From positions 10,354,001 to 10,418,000 of the forward strand of contig CM102287.1 in the NCBI GenBank assembly GCA_046563655.1: a stretch of DNA of 64,000 bases, in the 5' to 3' direction. A program made the translations under genes and the position numbers. This stretch comes from Yuukianura sp. NJ FZ-2021 (Eukaryota). Under the pieces are notes generated by a model, which saw nothing but the letters and a program-made list of their open reading frames with translations, made no database searches and was not told where the DNA came from. Below, piece after piece: positions 52,401 to 64,000 of this stretch; the first letter of the stretch is position 1, and the number at the start of each line of letters is the position of its first letter.

Positions 52401-55400
52401 ACAGGTCAAACTGACCCCTTTCTCCGCTTCCTGTGAGTGAAACGATTCCCTGGGTTCCGTTTCCTACTTCCCTCGGCGGGAGTAACTATTTGCAGAGTGA
52501 CCATGAGTCCCGTTACGCACACCTCCAAACAGAGGAACATCTTAGCCCACATAGGACCCACCATATTTTCCATAACTCAGCCACAACGGGACTCACAAAC
52601 AATTCAGAACTGGTTACCAATCTCATTACGAACCAAGAAGATGAAGTGGTTCTGTCGGCCTCTTCTAATTACTAATCAGTACACACTGACCTCCACTCTG
52701 CTCCAAAGAACAATCTCCGAGGGAAACCTCCATGAAGATGTGATACCGAGAGATCAAGCAGAGCAGAAACGACCTTACCTCACAACAACACTCCCATTAT
52801 GTCACACACCAAAACTACAATTACACCACCAGCCCCACTACAAAGTCTATAAATCATCTTATGAAAGATTCAAATTAAGATTATACTCAAAACTTACGAA
52901 TCTTCTACTCTAACAAACAACTCATCCCCACATTCCTTGAAAAGAAGCCAAAAAAGTCATTGCGAAACAAAAGGTATACAAAATTAACAAAAATCAACCT
53001 CAACTGGCAGCTTCCGCAATGTATACAATTTAACCATAAAATTATTGCCAGAAAGAGGGGTTACAACAGGAATCATTCACTTCACCGCAGAATTTCCCAC
53101 TGTTGTTTTTTAACCATAAAGGCATAGCCAGATGACAGCCGTACAAAACTAAGGACAGAAAGTACTGGAGGATATCCTACTGTTGTCTTGTAACCACAAA
53201 ATCATAGCCAGAACGCAGATATACAAAGTACACAAAAATTAAACCCTGGAAGTCTCCTCACTGTTTGTGATTTAACCATAAAATCATTTCTAGATCACAG
53301 CTATACAAATCTCATACAAAATCAATCCCTAGAAGTTGTCCTACTGCTTCTAAATTAACCATAAAATCATTTCTACATCACAGCTATACAAATTTCACAC
53401 AAAATCAATCCCTGGAAGCTGTCCTACTGCTTCTAACCTAACCATAAACTCATTTCTAGATCACAGCTATACAAATTTCACACAAAATCAATCCCTGGAA
53501 GTTGTCCTACTGTTTCTAAATTAACCATAAAATCATTGCCAGAGAATAAGTAGCCAAAATTTTTGTAAAAAATCGTACACTGGAAAAGTTCCTACCTATG
53601 CTATTTTTCTTAACCAGAACTTCATTGCCAGAGCCCAGCAATTCAATTTTTGCAGCAAAAACTTGTCACTTGAAAATGTGCAAATTTTGTTGACTTGCAA
53701 AGGAAGTTTATGAGTTCTAATCTAAGTGTCGTTAGGAAAGTAGATTGTTGTCATCTGTGGCAGTTGGTTTGAATCGGTTTCCGCCCCAATTCCTTCTACA
53801 CTAATTTTGATTTGTGATTTTTGTGATTTGGCATCTGGCTGCAGGATGATTAATTCGTGATGATACTGGGAATTGTGATTCCGGAGGCTGTTAGGAGAGT
53901 CAGTGACTTGTGAATGTGGGGCAGTGGACTGTTGTCCTACTCGCCACCAGATGAAGATACGAATCAAGTGACTAAGAGGAGACAATGGACTCAGAGTCCG
54001 TGCATGCATAATGGACCACTGTCCTCCACAAAACTCCCGCTACTCCGAATGGTCCTTGAAATTTAATCAATTACTCAATTCCACACCTCTCTCTTCACAC
54101 GCGACAATTCAATCACCACATTCAGTTCTCTCCCACGAAACAATTCAATCACCAGTTCAGAATTCCTTGGAATTGGGAAAACGGAAGTAACTAGAATGTA
54201 TCTCCCCTGGGCTCATCAAGTAATTTGAGGAGGCAGCAAAAAAGAAGAATACCTTATGCAACTGAATCTGTGGAGCGGGAAGATGGAAGATGAGTTCCTA
54301 AAAAACAAGTCCCGTATTTACAAACCATTCCACAACTAACAGGATCCAACCAAATCCACGCACCAACCACAACCATCCTGCACCCAGCGAAAGCTTTCTC
54401 CACTTATTGAATCACAAACATTGCATCACTCCTCAACTGAATCAAAGTAATCAATGTTTGTAATCAGTCTCAGATTACTCAGATTAAATTGGAAATTGAA
54501 TTGATGTTTCCCCTGAGCAGTTGATTGAGTCATAAGTACACTTGGGGGATCTGTGGGAAAATGAGAGATTGGATCTGCACGATCTCATCTCCAAAGACGC
54601 TTAAACTTAAAACTGAAGAGACAATGACCCAAATAGGGAAATAATCCCCAGCAGCAGTTGTTTGGCCCAAAGTTCAAAGGAATTAGAGGCCTTAATTCCT
54701 GCCTTGGGCCCTTCATAACTTAAGATAGAGTGGGAATTAGCCTAGGACCAGAGGTCATCTTCGTGGAAATGAATTGCCACCTATGACTTGACTCATGTTT
54801 TGTGTGACCCAGGGGTAACTCTGCTCACACGACCACAGATCACGACCTCATCCATACTCTCAACCTCAGTAAGATGCTTCAGAAATGGATGCTTGATGGT
54901 TGTGCTGAATGTGTTTCCTATTAATTAAAGGAAGAAGAATCTTCTTCTTAGAAGATGATGTGCCTTTGAAAGTACAAGACTCCAGTCACCGGAACGACGC
55001 TACAAAGTTCCGTTACACCCACAGAAAAGAGCCAGACGACTGGGCACAGCAACCATGGGAACTCACCATCTTCTGCTCCTGGGAACAAGGCACAGAAACA
55101 CAGAGAGAGACGCATCTTGCGGTAATCCACCATTTCCTCATGCACAAATTGGCAACTCCACTTCAATTTTCATTCAAAAAGAAGAAGATTCCTCTGTTTT
55201 TTGGGGAAAAAAGCTGCCAAATGACATAAGAATGAAGAGATGCGAGTGAAGAGGCGGACAGAAGTGTGATTGGAGTTATGAATTATAACAATTGTTCCAT
55301 CAATCCCTCAATCACGGACCATCCCAGTCCAAATGCACAGATCATAACTGTTCCTTCAACCGTGTTGGCCAACGGACAGGACATGTTGGTCCTCCTTTCA

Positions 55401-56718
55401 CAACAAACACTCCCAACACCTTATGCAACAACTCAATCTCCCTCTTCACCAATTCATTATCACAATTAACTACAATCCATTAACAAAATCAACGTTTTGT
55501 TGCCACCATCCATCCCCATTTCATCACAGTCCCTAACCAAAAACATCAACTCTTGGACCAATTTGCAATAAAACACCAACTTTTAGAACAATTTGCAACA
55601 CTGTTTCCCCAATTCCACCTTCGAAACATCTTCCTTTGCAAAATGGAGCCAACTTCCCTGTCACGACTCCACCAAAACACGAACCACAATCGCCAAAATC
55701 TCTTTTGCCCAAATCCAATTTTGCCTAATTTCAAACCTTGGAATTTGAAACAAATCCTAACAATTGAATCAAAATGTACGGAAAAAGAGAAAAGAAGGTG
55801 AATTTAGTTTTGTGTTTGTAGATTTTAGAATGGAGAGTGAATTGGGGTAATAATTTGGAGTTTATGATCATTAGTCCATTGGGAATACAAAGAGCGACAA
55901 TGGGACTGGTCCACCACGTCAGTCTCTGCATGACGCTCTTGTCCCTTTGCCAAGTGGGGACAGTGACAACTTGCCAACATTTGAGTCAATTGACAAAGTG
56001 GAAGAAAGTGGCCCCAACCTGCTCATCCACTCTTCCACTTTCACATTCCACTTTGAAATAGTCACCTCCCTGGGCATCATACATAGACAATGGAAGTAGG
56101 AAGAAGATTGACCAAGTGGAGGAAAGTGTGTCGATAGCATCATTTGCATATAATCCTTTCCCTCTCACTCCAATTACAATTACAACACTAAACAACTAAC
56201 TAAACACAACTGGGCTAATCGTTCAACCAACTTCAATTCAAAAGAAAAGACAGAAGGAGATTCGCTCCTACTTTCCAGATCCACGTTGGAAGGTGGAGCG
56301 ATGAACTTGGTTTGCCATGCGTAACTCTGTTCAAGCGATACAAGGTGTCAATGGATCAAGTGTCAGAGGATGACGAAAGTTGGAATTAATTGTTGCATTG
56401 CGAATCCATTGTTGGCCTAGCATGCTAATATGGATTCTGTACCCTTTGCCTCCAAAAGTCCCCTTTCGAAATCCCTTGGGAAATTGAGGACGTTCATTCA
56501 ATTGTCAGTGCATTTAGCAACAATAGTAACTCCTCTCGCTTGCAAAATCACCAACAAACAAACTCTGAACAGGAAGTAGGTTAACAAAAACTAGAGAAAT
56601 GCAAAAGAAGTTGACCTTTACCTGATTGTTGTGTCGAGGCAGTTGACAGGCAGAGCACCAGCACTAGACCCACCACAAATTGAGATGGTCTCATGGTCCA
56701 CGGGGGCACTGTAACCAT
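40482..56718 (-). CDS. Very large secreted DUF4758-type Thr-rich mucin: signal exon 56718-56622, LDLa-like exon 52096-51989, small exons 51929-51903 and 51507-51454, then 49534-47720, 47647-46064, three TYFTT-repeat exons and terminal exon 44321-40482
   Basis: Signal peptide MRPSQFVVGLVLVLCLSTAST; LDLa-like C..DCQDASDE; furin-like RTKR; repeated PTGL..TT.Y.T...GTYIDG.YAQ....S modules; all joins phase-compatible. Stop at 40482-40484, then an AT-rich UTR with minus-strand AATAAA at 40097-40092. Confidence 0.8.
44398..44746. mobile_element. Non-autonomous inverted-repeat (MITE/foldback-like) element with internal TTAGG-rich ~40-bp tandem repeats, intronic
   Basis: GCCATTTCATCGAATGAATTGCAACGAAGTGAATTACTCCGAA (about 44407-44449) is the inverted copy of about 44695-44737. 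Core is ATATTAGATTAGGTTAGGATAAGATT x3-4. Flanking direct repeat GTTTCTT at 44391 and 44746. Confidence 0.8.
50135..50775 (+). repeat. Tandem array of about 8 diverged ~82-bp units (intronic satellite)
   Basis: CTGGCAAT..TTTATGGT.AAATT recurs at about 50139, 50224, 50306, 50465, 50546, 50628 and 50710. Confidence 0.9.
52960..53635 (-). repeat. Second array of the same ~82-bp family in inverted orientation (about 8 units)
   Basis: TAACCATAAAATCATT(GCC/TCT)AGA..CAGCTATACAAA recurs every 82-83 bp and is the reverse complement of the 50135-50775 unit. Confidence 0.88.
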
Positions 56719-58752
56719 GTCAACGCATGGACTAAACTTCACTTTTTAGCAACTTCACTTTTTAGTAATTTGTCACTGCACTTCGGAACTTAAGTGTTTG
56801 TCCACGACTGGGCCACGAAGTCACTGCCCATCCTCAACTCCAGTGTCCCGATGACATGTCACTCTTGTCTGCAACCTGAAACCAAAAAAGAAAAGGAAGT
56901 CAATAAAAAGAGAATCCAGTTCATGCCAAATTGCGGAATGAGTCAATTATGCTCAATTTGTGGTGGAGGAAGAGTCGTTAACGTAGTTTCGGAGCATCCA
57001 CACTCCTGTTATGTCTAAGACACCGTGACAAGACTTTCACAAACACAAACCAAGGTTAGCCAAATACTTCCTACTCACTTCCACGTGCACATGCGGTCAC
57101 TAAAAACTACTGTCTGCACAGTGTGCACTGGACCACATCAATACAAACTTCAAACTTCAAATCCTTTCAAATTTCATGTCATTTGAACCAATGCTTCATG
57201 CTTCCCTTATGTAACTTAAAACTAAGTTTTAGAATTTCTAAACCGCATGTTACATGGGAACTGCACCGTTTTCCTAGCGTGGGATCGAGCGACAAATAGT
57301 CGTTGACACTCTTGGGAATTGTGAAATTTTGGTTAGAGCATATAGCTCAAATGGGAATGTTAGAAAGTAAACAATTGAAGCGGAAGTGTGTTAGTTCATT
57401 TACAATTTTAACATTTTCGCACCTTTAATTATAAATTATAATTATTACAATTTATAATTATAGCAAGAGACAATGGGCAATTGGGCAGGTCTCTTTTCTG
57501 AAGGCCCTTGTGTAATCTTAAGGCGTCAACTCGTGCCCTATGACACTTCAGCCAACACAACCAAAGCGACTTCCTTCCAAGGCAAGCTCCATTTACGTAA
57601 CCAAATTACCAAGGCAAACCAACGATTACGTTTATTACCAAGGAATTTGAATGAGAAAAGACTCAAGTCCGGTTTTCTATTTTGAAAAAGTGAAAGTGAT
57701 CCATAAATTGGGAGATTGGAGTGCAGGATATGCTATTTTTAGTCCTAAGCCCTCAGAATAAGCCCTTTCTCGTGTCCATTGTTACAATTGTGGGCCATGG
57801 CCAAAGATCCAACTTAAGAATTATGGAAATGAGGACAGATGGAAGGCGGTTGTTCCAGAATAGCCTCGCAACATCCTCTTCCACTCTCCTATTGTTCTTT
57901 CCAACATTCTTCCAAGATCCACAAGTAACAATGGAACCACAGAGAATGATTTACACCCTCCAATCTTATAAACCCACAATTTATGCCCTCACATAACACA
58001 TAACTGGCTGGAGATTATACAAAATTCACTCACGCATCCGTGGATCCGGTTCCAGACTGACTTCGATTATGTAATCCCGAATGTTCGTTCACGTAACGTC
58101 GCTGGATCCAACTTGTGGTAGCACTGCGTAAAGACAAATCCAAAGCTAAAAGTCAAAGAGAGTGTCACTGGTAACTAATGTAAAGTGGATACTGAATTGG
58201 TGCTGTACTTATTGTTGAGTAGTGTGCTGCGAAGAGGGTGTTGATCAACTGACTCCCAGTTGGTTGTGGGTGAAGGAAGACGAGTAGAAGAATGTTGTAG
58301 AAGTGGTTGAAAGGAAGGATGACTAAAGTGCGTCTACCCCTTCTCCTTGTCCCTGCAAACACAACAATGGATGTAACAATGGAATTGACTCAGTGACCAA
58401 CTAACTCACCCCCTCTGGCTCCATCCGCCGTCTCTCCAGTTCCTGCCCCACTTCTTCCATCTCCATCTTGTCCAAGGAACGAGAAATGGTGAAGATCAGT
58501 CATGAATGTGCCAAAGACAGTCTCTCACATCTTAGAATCGTCAACACTTCAACTGAACACGATCTTTATGAAGATTAATTGACTAATTAATCAGAACAAA
58601 AACAATTGACAGCTGATGACTCCATTGACAGATCGTGGGACACGGACACAAACGGAGGAACTGAAAAAAAAAGAAACAAAACAAAGGAGGGAGAAATGTC
58701 GGATTCAAAATTCCCACTTTTTTTTTGCGGCGTCTCTTTTTAGTTTCGGCCG

Positions 58753-58773
58753 CCACCGACAGAGGGCGCTGCC
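58753..58773 (+). promoter_or_regulatory. CTCF-like insulator motif between the mucin promoter and the 3' end of the upstream gene
   Basis: CACCGACAGAGGGCGCTGCC fits the CCnnnAGRKGGCGC core. It sits just upstream of putative mucin 5' UTR exons (58034-58352 and 58410-~58640). Confidence 0.5.
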
Positions 58774-59455
58774 AAAGACTCCTTATCCAAACGACGCCAT
58801 TTAAAATCCATCCAAATTATAAAATACGTAAAGGTAAAATATGAGTTAATTAATCAATTATAATTAATTAAATAATTATAATTAATGAATCAATCTTAGT
58901 TGGCTTCGCCTGAAATGGAAAAGTATTTGATCGTAAATGATTTTTATTAAGACTTGGTTAGTTAATTTACAAAGATTAAGAGAACCTTAGTGAGTGATTT
59001 ATCCTAAGTACCGTTGAAGGGTACTCAAATGAACACATGGACCAACGTGATTAACAAACTACAATTAAAATCCTATTTCTAATTAACTTTGTGTTACGTG
59101 CATCCTACTTCCCTCCAGCTCAATCGTACTTATTTTTCACTTACAAGTTAACTCTGACTTAAGTCGTGACAGAAGGAGAGAAAGCCAAGGAAAAGGAAAA
59201 GTCCCTTAAGTCCCCTCATCTCGCTGAAATCAAACACAAAGTACTCAAATCATAAACCAAACAAAATTAAAAAGTATAAAAACACAAATTCAAATGCAGG
59301 CAAAAGGCATGTGCAAGCTTTTCCCAAAACGCTCTTTTGAACAAACCGCAAAACTTCTAAAAAGCGATCCGGCGCCTATTCATTTCAATTTTTAAGCCAA
59401 AAATAGCCGGGCTCTTAGAAGTTTTAGGGTGGGTTCAAAAGAAAGCAGAAAGTGT

Positions 59456-62400
59456 TTAGGGAGAGGAGTTGCGGGGGGAGTTGGAGGTGGGGATGATCAC
59501 AATGTTATTAGTGTTTCTGGACACATGATGGAACCCACCTAAGTGGCCCACCTCTGGTGGGGCTTTCCTAGTCGGTGGGGCCGGGGTGAAGTCGTACTCA
59601 AAGTCTTTGTACAGTTTGTCCACTGGAATTTGTGGTCCACTTCCTTTGGCTGCTGCAATGCGTGACAATGGGATGGAAATGGAACCTTGCCGAACCCATG
59701 GTTTGCTTTTCCGCCGTTCAATTTGAACTGGAACTGGGATTCCCACTAATTTTGTGGGTGACAGGACGAGGAGGTTCGGATTCTGGGGGGCAGTTTGAAT
59801 CGCTTCCGGCAGTGGCGGCGCTGATTTCAAAATCGCTTCTGGTTGTAGCAGCGCTGAATTGAAATATTCCGGGGGTGGGACAGGTTGCGGTTGGTCAGGA
59901 ACTTCGACCGAAGAACAAATTCGGACTAAATTCGGATTTTCCGGAACTGGCGACGGTTTCAGAATTTTTTCATCCTCTGACTTTGTTTCGTTTTGCGTAA
60001 GCGGTACTGCGAGCAGATTTGGATTTTCCTTCTCCGATGGCGAAATAAGTAACTCTGATTGTTTCTTAGGAGAAATGACAACCAAATTGGAATTCGGTTT
60101 TTCCGGAACCTTAGAGCTGCGTCTAGGGGAATCATTCTTCGTGGATGAAACGAAAAAATCCGAAATGTCGGAATTGCCCGGATTTTCATCCCCAGGGGGA
60201 AGTAGCGGCGGTGAATAGCATTTCTGAGGAGGGTTTGCTGGTGAAACTACCCGTAAATTCGGATTTTCAGGCTCAAAGTGACGCATGGGTTGCCGAATTT
60301 GTTTCACAGTAGGAGAAACTACAAGTAGATTCGGATTTTGCGAAAAAGAGGGTGTTCCTACTGTACGGTTGCGCGGTAAGTTTTTAGTTGGTGAGACGAT
60401 GCGAAGATTTGGATTTTGATGTGGGAGCGGTCTATGTGTGACTTGTGGGCTTGTTGGCTCAATTTCCTCAAAGTGAATGGCAGAGGAGTCAAGGTCATTG
60501 CGTGACGCTGTGAGTATTGTGGGGATTCGAGAGACCCCTTGAGCGGGGGGTTGCGGGGGGAAGGGGGTCCAACATTCAGGGGGGTTGACTTCCACTTCTT
60601 TTACGATACCTTGCGTTTGGTCGGCGTAAGGATGCTGCGTAGAGGGCTCAAAAACGATGTCAAATCCCTGCTCTGCCATTGTTTCGGCGTACAACACTAT
60701 CAAAACAAAAAAAAAAACTTTAAACATTTTAAAAACTTTTACAAAAAAAATTTGTACATTTTAAAAAAGTTTTAAATACAAACTAAAATTGGAATATTGA
60801 GTGACAAACCTGCGTATTTTGGACAGACTTGGTAGAGAATGCCGATGGGGCAGAAGGGGTATGACGACGGAGGGGGCGGAGGTGGCTCTGGACTCGGCTG
60901 AACTTTGGGCTTCTTGTTGCGAAGGACCTTGACCTTGATTTTCTTCTTCTTCGGTGGGCCCTTGTCCTTTGCCACTGACTTCTTGTAGGGGTAGGAGGGG
61001 GGCGGGGGTGGAGATGTCATTTCTTCACCACAAGATTCACTTCCTCCACAACCAGGGTTGATTCCATCAGCAAATGTCACTCGCTTCTTCCCTGACTTTG
61101 GCCTGTCCAAACAAAAACACAAACTCAGTTTACAAACTCACCAAGAAATTGAACAAAAAGATCCTAAAAATGACAAACTTTGTCTAAAAGAAAAGTTCTT
61201 TTTTTTTTTAAGTTTCATTTTGGAAAAATAAATTAACTGTAAAAAATGTTGAATGTAAAAGCATTAACCTGAGTCCAAAAGGAACCAAAATGCCAGTTTC
61301 CGGAGGGGGCAGAATGGGGACTGGACCAACGCCCCACACAACCACATCTTCCGCTTGACCTCTGGAGGTCACTCCATCTTGACCTTCCACTTCTTCTTTC
61401 AAATCCACTTTCACATCTTCCTCTCCTGCTTCTTCTTCTTTCTGACTTTCTGCTGGCGGGACTACTTGAGACTCTGCTGGGAACACATCTTCACTCTTCC
61501 TCAATTCCTCCTCTCCCTCAAAACTCTCACTAATTGCTTCCTGGAATTAAAACAAAACATATTATAAAACATTATTAAAATAATATAATATATAAAATAT
61601 TTTGTGTGGGGAGGGGCATAGCTCGTAACCTTGTGACCACGCCTACTCTAACCACCACCCTATCTCTCCTTTCTCCTCTTCGCACAACTAACTTTCTCCT
61701 GCCTTTCTCTTTCTCTCACCAACTTTATGCCTCACAAAGAACACTTCCTTCCTCGGATCAACACAATTGAAATGAAGACAAGTGATTGTTTATTCAAACT
61801 AAGATTTATTTCCAATGCCACCCAAAGGTCAAAGGTTACGAGCTATTTCCACAGTTACATTGCTAAAAAGTAAAAAGTAGAGGGGGCTTAACAATAAGTG
61901 ACTCTGCGTCTGACGACGACAGATAAGATGAAGGGGGGCTTGTGCTGAATGGCTTGCAATTGGAGCCACGAAACAACAATTCCTGTGACTAACAACTTAA
62001 GAGAGTCAAGAGACCACTGTGGCGTCCCTACCTTGAGCAGAGCCATTTCTTCAGCTGAAACTTCATCCTCCTTTGTCTCTTTCACCTAAAATTCAAAATA
62101 CAACTTATAACCAATCCAAGTCTCTCAATTTCACTCAAAATTTCAAAATTTCATATTTCATCAAAGTATTTTTGAAAGTGGAACTAACCGCTTTGGCTTT
62201 CTGTTCCATCCGCTTTCTCTCTGCCCTCCTGCGTTTCCTCCTAATTGACTTTTCCTCCTCTGTCAACCCTTGTGGCTGAGCTATGGGCACTTCAAAGGGA
62301 ACGACTGGCACTTTGATCCGCACAACTCGCTTCACAACTTCATCCTGAAAACAACAAACACCATCAGCACAAACAGCACTAAAAACACTTTTTCATACAT

Positions 62401-64000
62401 CATGACCAAAATACTTCCACATCAACCAAACGATTGAAAGCATCTTGCATTTCTAGCCATGACTTGGTGTTTCCTATCCTAAAATTCCTTCCATTCCATT
62501 TCTTCTCACTCAACCCATCATTCCAACTGAATAAATAATTTCAACTGACCTTGCCCTGTCCGTTGTTCAGTTGATGCGTCCTGTCTCCTAATACTGCTGC
62601 ACAACTGATCACAATCGGCTCAGTCGGAATCTCCGCCGGCAAAACACGCAGCATATCCCCAATCTCCAATTCAACAACAATAAAGTTTGTTAGTTACTTC
62701 CTTCAATCGTCAATTCAAAATTCAAAATCAAAAATCCTGATTAAATTATCAACTTCAAAATTTCTACTCTCCAAATTGAGTTTTCCTTACAAAGATTAAA
62801 TAATTTCAAGGAAAATAGTGCTGATTGGCGTTAATTCCATCAATAATCAACATTTTTAACTATTGACGGATTTAACGCCAGGCAGTTGAATTCTGACTCA
62901 AAATTAAAATATTCAAAATTCTAAACTAAAAGAAGTGGGTAATTTTGTGAATTTTGAGTATACCTGAATGACTGTTGACTGCTTTGGTTTCATTTGAGTT
63001 GTAACTGGAGGTGGGGCCATAGGAGGCCAGTAGGGTGGGATTGGCGGTGGGCCTCTGAGTCCGAACCCACGATTTGGTGGTGGTGGGGGCGGAAAGAGAA
63101 ATCCATTGGGGTGGTTGAGGTAGAGTGGTGGAGGTGGGATCGGGATCTTCCCATTCTGCATGTAGTAAGGCAGTGGAGCCACTTTCGGCACAACATCTTC
63201 AGTCAACTTGATCCCCATCTCCCGCTCCAGCCTTTCATCCAGCGACAACCGCCTTGGTGGGGAACTGAACCCACCACTTCTCTTAGATGGGCTGATTTCA
63301 TCCTGTTCCCACTCCACTTTCGGAGTTCCACCGGAAGAAGCTAAAGATGGTGACACTGGACTTGGTTTTAGCTGCTCATCCAACTCGGCATCACTGATTG
63401 TAGAATCAGCGACATTCAGTTGAAGTGGCGGAGAATGCTTGGGATTCCTCCTCACTCTTTCAACGGGACTTCTGCTGTAGTGTCTCCTGCAAGAATCAAG
63501 GTTTCTATAATAACCAATCTACAACCATCTACAACAGGTTGTCCAGTACCTCAGGGTTTCCAAAAATCCTACTTCAAATCTGCACCAATCCCATTTACAT
63601 TACATCCAAAAAATTAGAAAGGCAGAATTTTTTCTTGAAACTTTTAAAACTTCCAGGTACTGGACAACCTGGCGTAGAAAAAGTTTTGTTTTTGTTTTAC
63701 GAACCTTGTGTAAGAATGGTGACGATGATGGTAGTGACGACGGTATCGATAGTGTCTCTCCCTCTCTTCTGAATCCGACCTCCTCCGATAGTGAGAAGAA
63801 TGGTGATATCGACTGCTTCTGTAGGAGCGATATCCATCAGGGGTCCTTGACCTTGACCTTCTTCCTTCTGGGGTGCGTGACCTTGACCTCCTTCTGGATC
63901 TTTCATGACCTCTGACCTCCCTTTCCCTCGATCGAACTCTTTCAACCCTCACTTCTTCTTTAGAGTAACATTTCACTGCTTCCTTTTCACTTTGTACTTG
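59456..64000 (-). CDS. Uncharacterised RS-rich/Pro-rich protein with PP1-docking-like KKRVTF motif; 5'-partial; exons >64000-63705, 63486-62964, 62663-62550, 62344-62190, 62085-62032, 61540-61269, 61102-60810, 60696-59456
   Basis: Exons join in frame. RSRSRTP repeats, RRLSLDERLE, poly-Pro, basic coiled RRKRRRAERKRME, GIL..KKRVTFADGINPG. Stop TAA at 59456-59458. No family recognised with confidence. Confidence 0.8.
61618..61846. mobile_element. Small intronic element with ~20-bp inverted repeats and a CT-rich core (MITE/HINE-like)
   Basis: ATAGCTCGTAACCTTGTGACC (61618) vs GGTCAAAGGTTACGAGCTAT (61827-61846). Confidence 0.6.
62826..62880 (-). other. Intronic ~25-bp stem hairpin (pre-miRNA-sized or mini palindromic element)
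   Basis: Minus strand TGGCGTTAAATCCGTCAATAGTTAA-aaatg-TTGATTATTGATGGAATTAACGCCA pairs with one mismatch and three G-U wobbles. Confidence 0.6.

Noticed and set aside
50135..53635. 82-bp arrays as CRISPR arrays
   Set aside because: Whole units are homologous, with no repeat-spacer alternation.
59456..60727. Stand-alone secreted protein starting MFKVFFFVLIVLYA
   Set aside because: The apparent signal peptide is the intron pyrimidine tract. The exon starts at 60696, in phase with the upstream exon.

Overview
Compact, intron-rich eukaryotic DNA with short (about 55-100 nt) introns and arthropod-type genes. A hexapod such as a springtail is plausible, but that is inference only. Left to right: 3' half of an inner-arm axonemal dynein heavy chain (DNAH12/Dhc62B-like, +); Vti1b SNARE (+) with a repeat-filled intron; a tramtrack-type BTB/C2H2 factor (-); about 3 kb of apparently spliced non-coding sequence; quiver/sleepless (+); uridine phosphorylase (-); DNLZ/Zim17 (-); an orphan single-pass membrane protein (-); Drp1 (-); an array of six paralogous single-TM microprotein ORFs directly upstream of Drp1 (-); a 28-kb DUF4758-type mucin / pawn-like EGF-SEA-TM locus (-); and the 3' part of an RS/Pro-rich RVxF-motif gene (-). 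Three signals stand out. (1) The apparently polycistronic tail-anchored microprotein array, which also contains a relic copy of the Drp1 start codons. (2) DNLZ acting as a snoRNA host through five introns that lie after its stop codon (3x snR60/U80-type and 2x U60/snR48-type C/D snoRNAs), possibly reading on into the uridine phosphorylase gene. (3) Two inverted ~82-bp satellite arrays bracketing three frame-symmetric cassette exons of the mucin gene. All gene models were spliced by eye, and family names come from recall rather than database searches.
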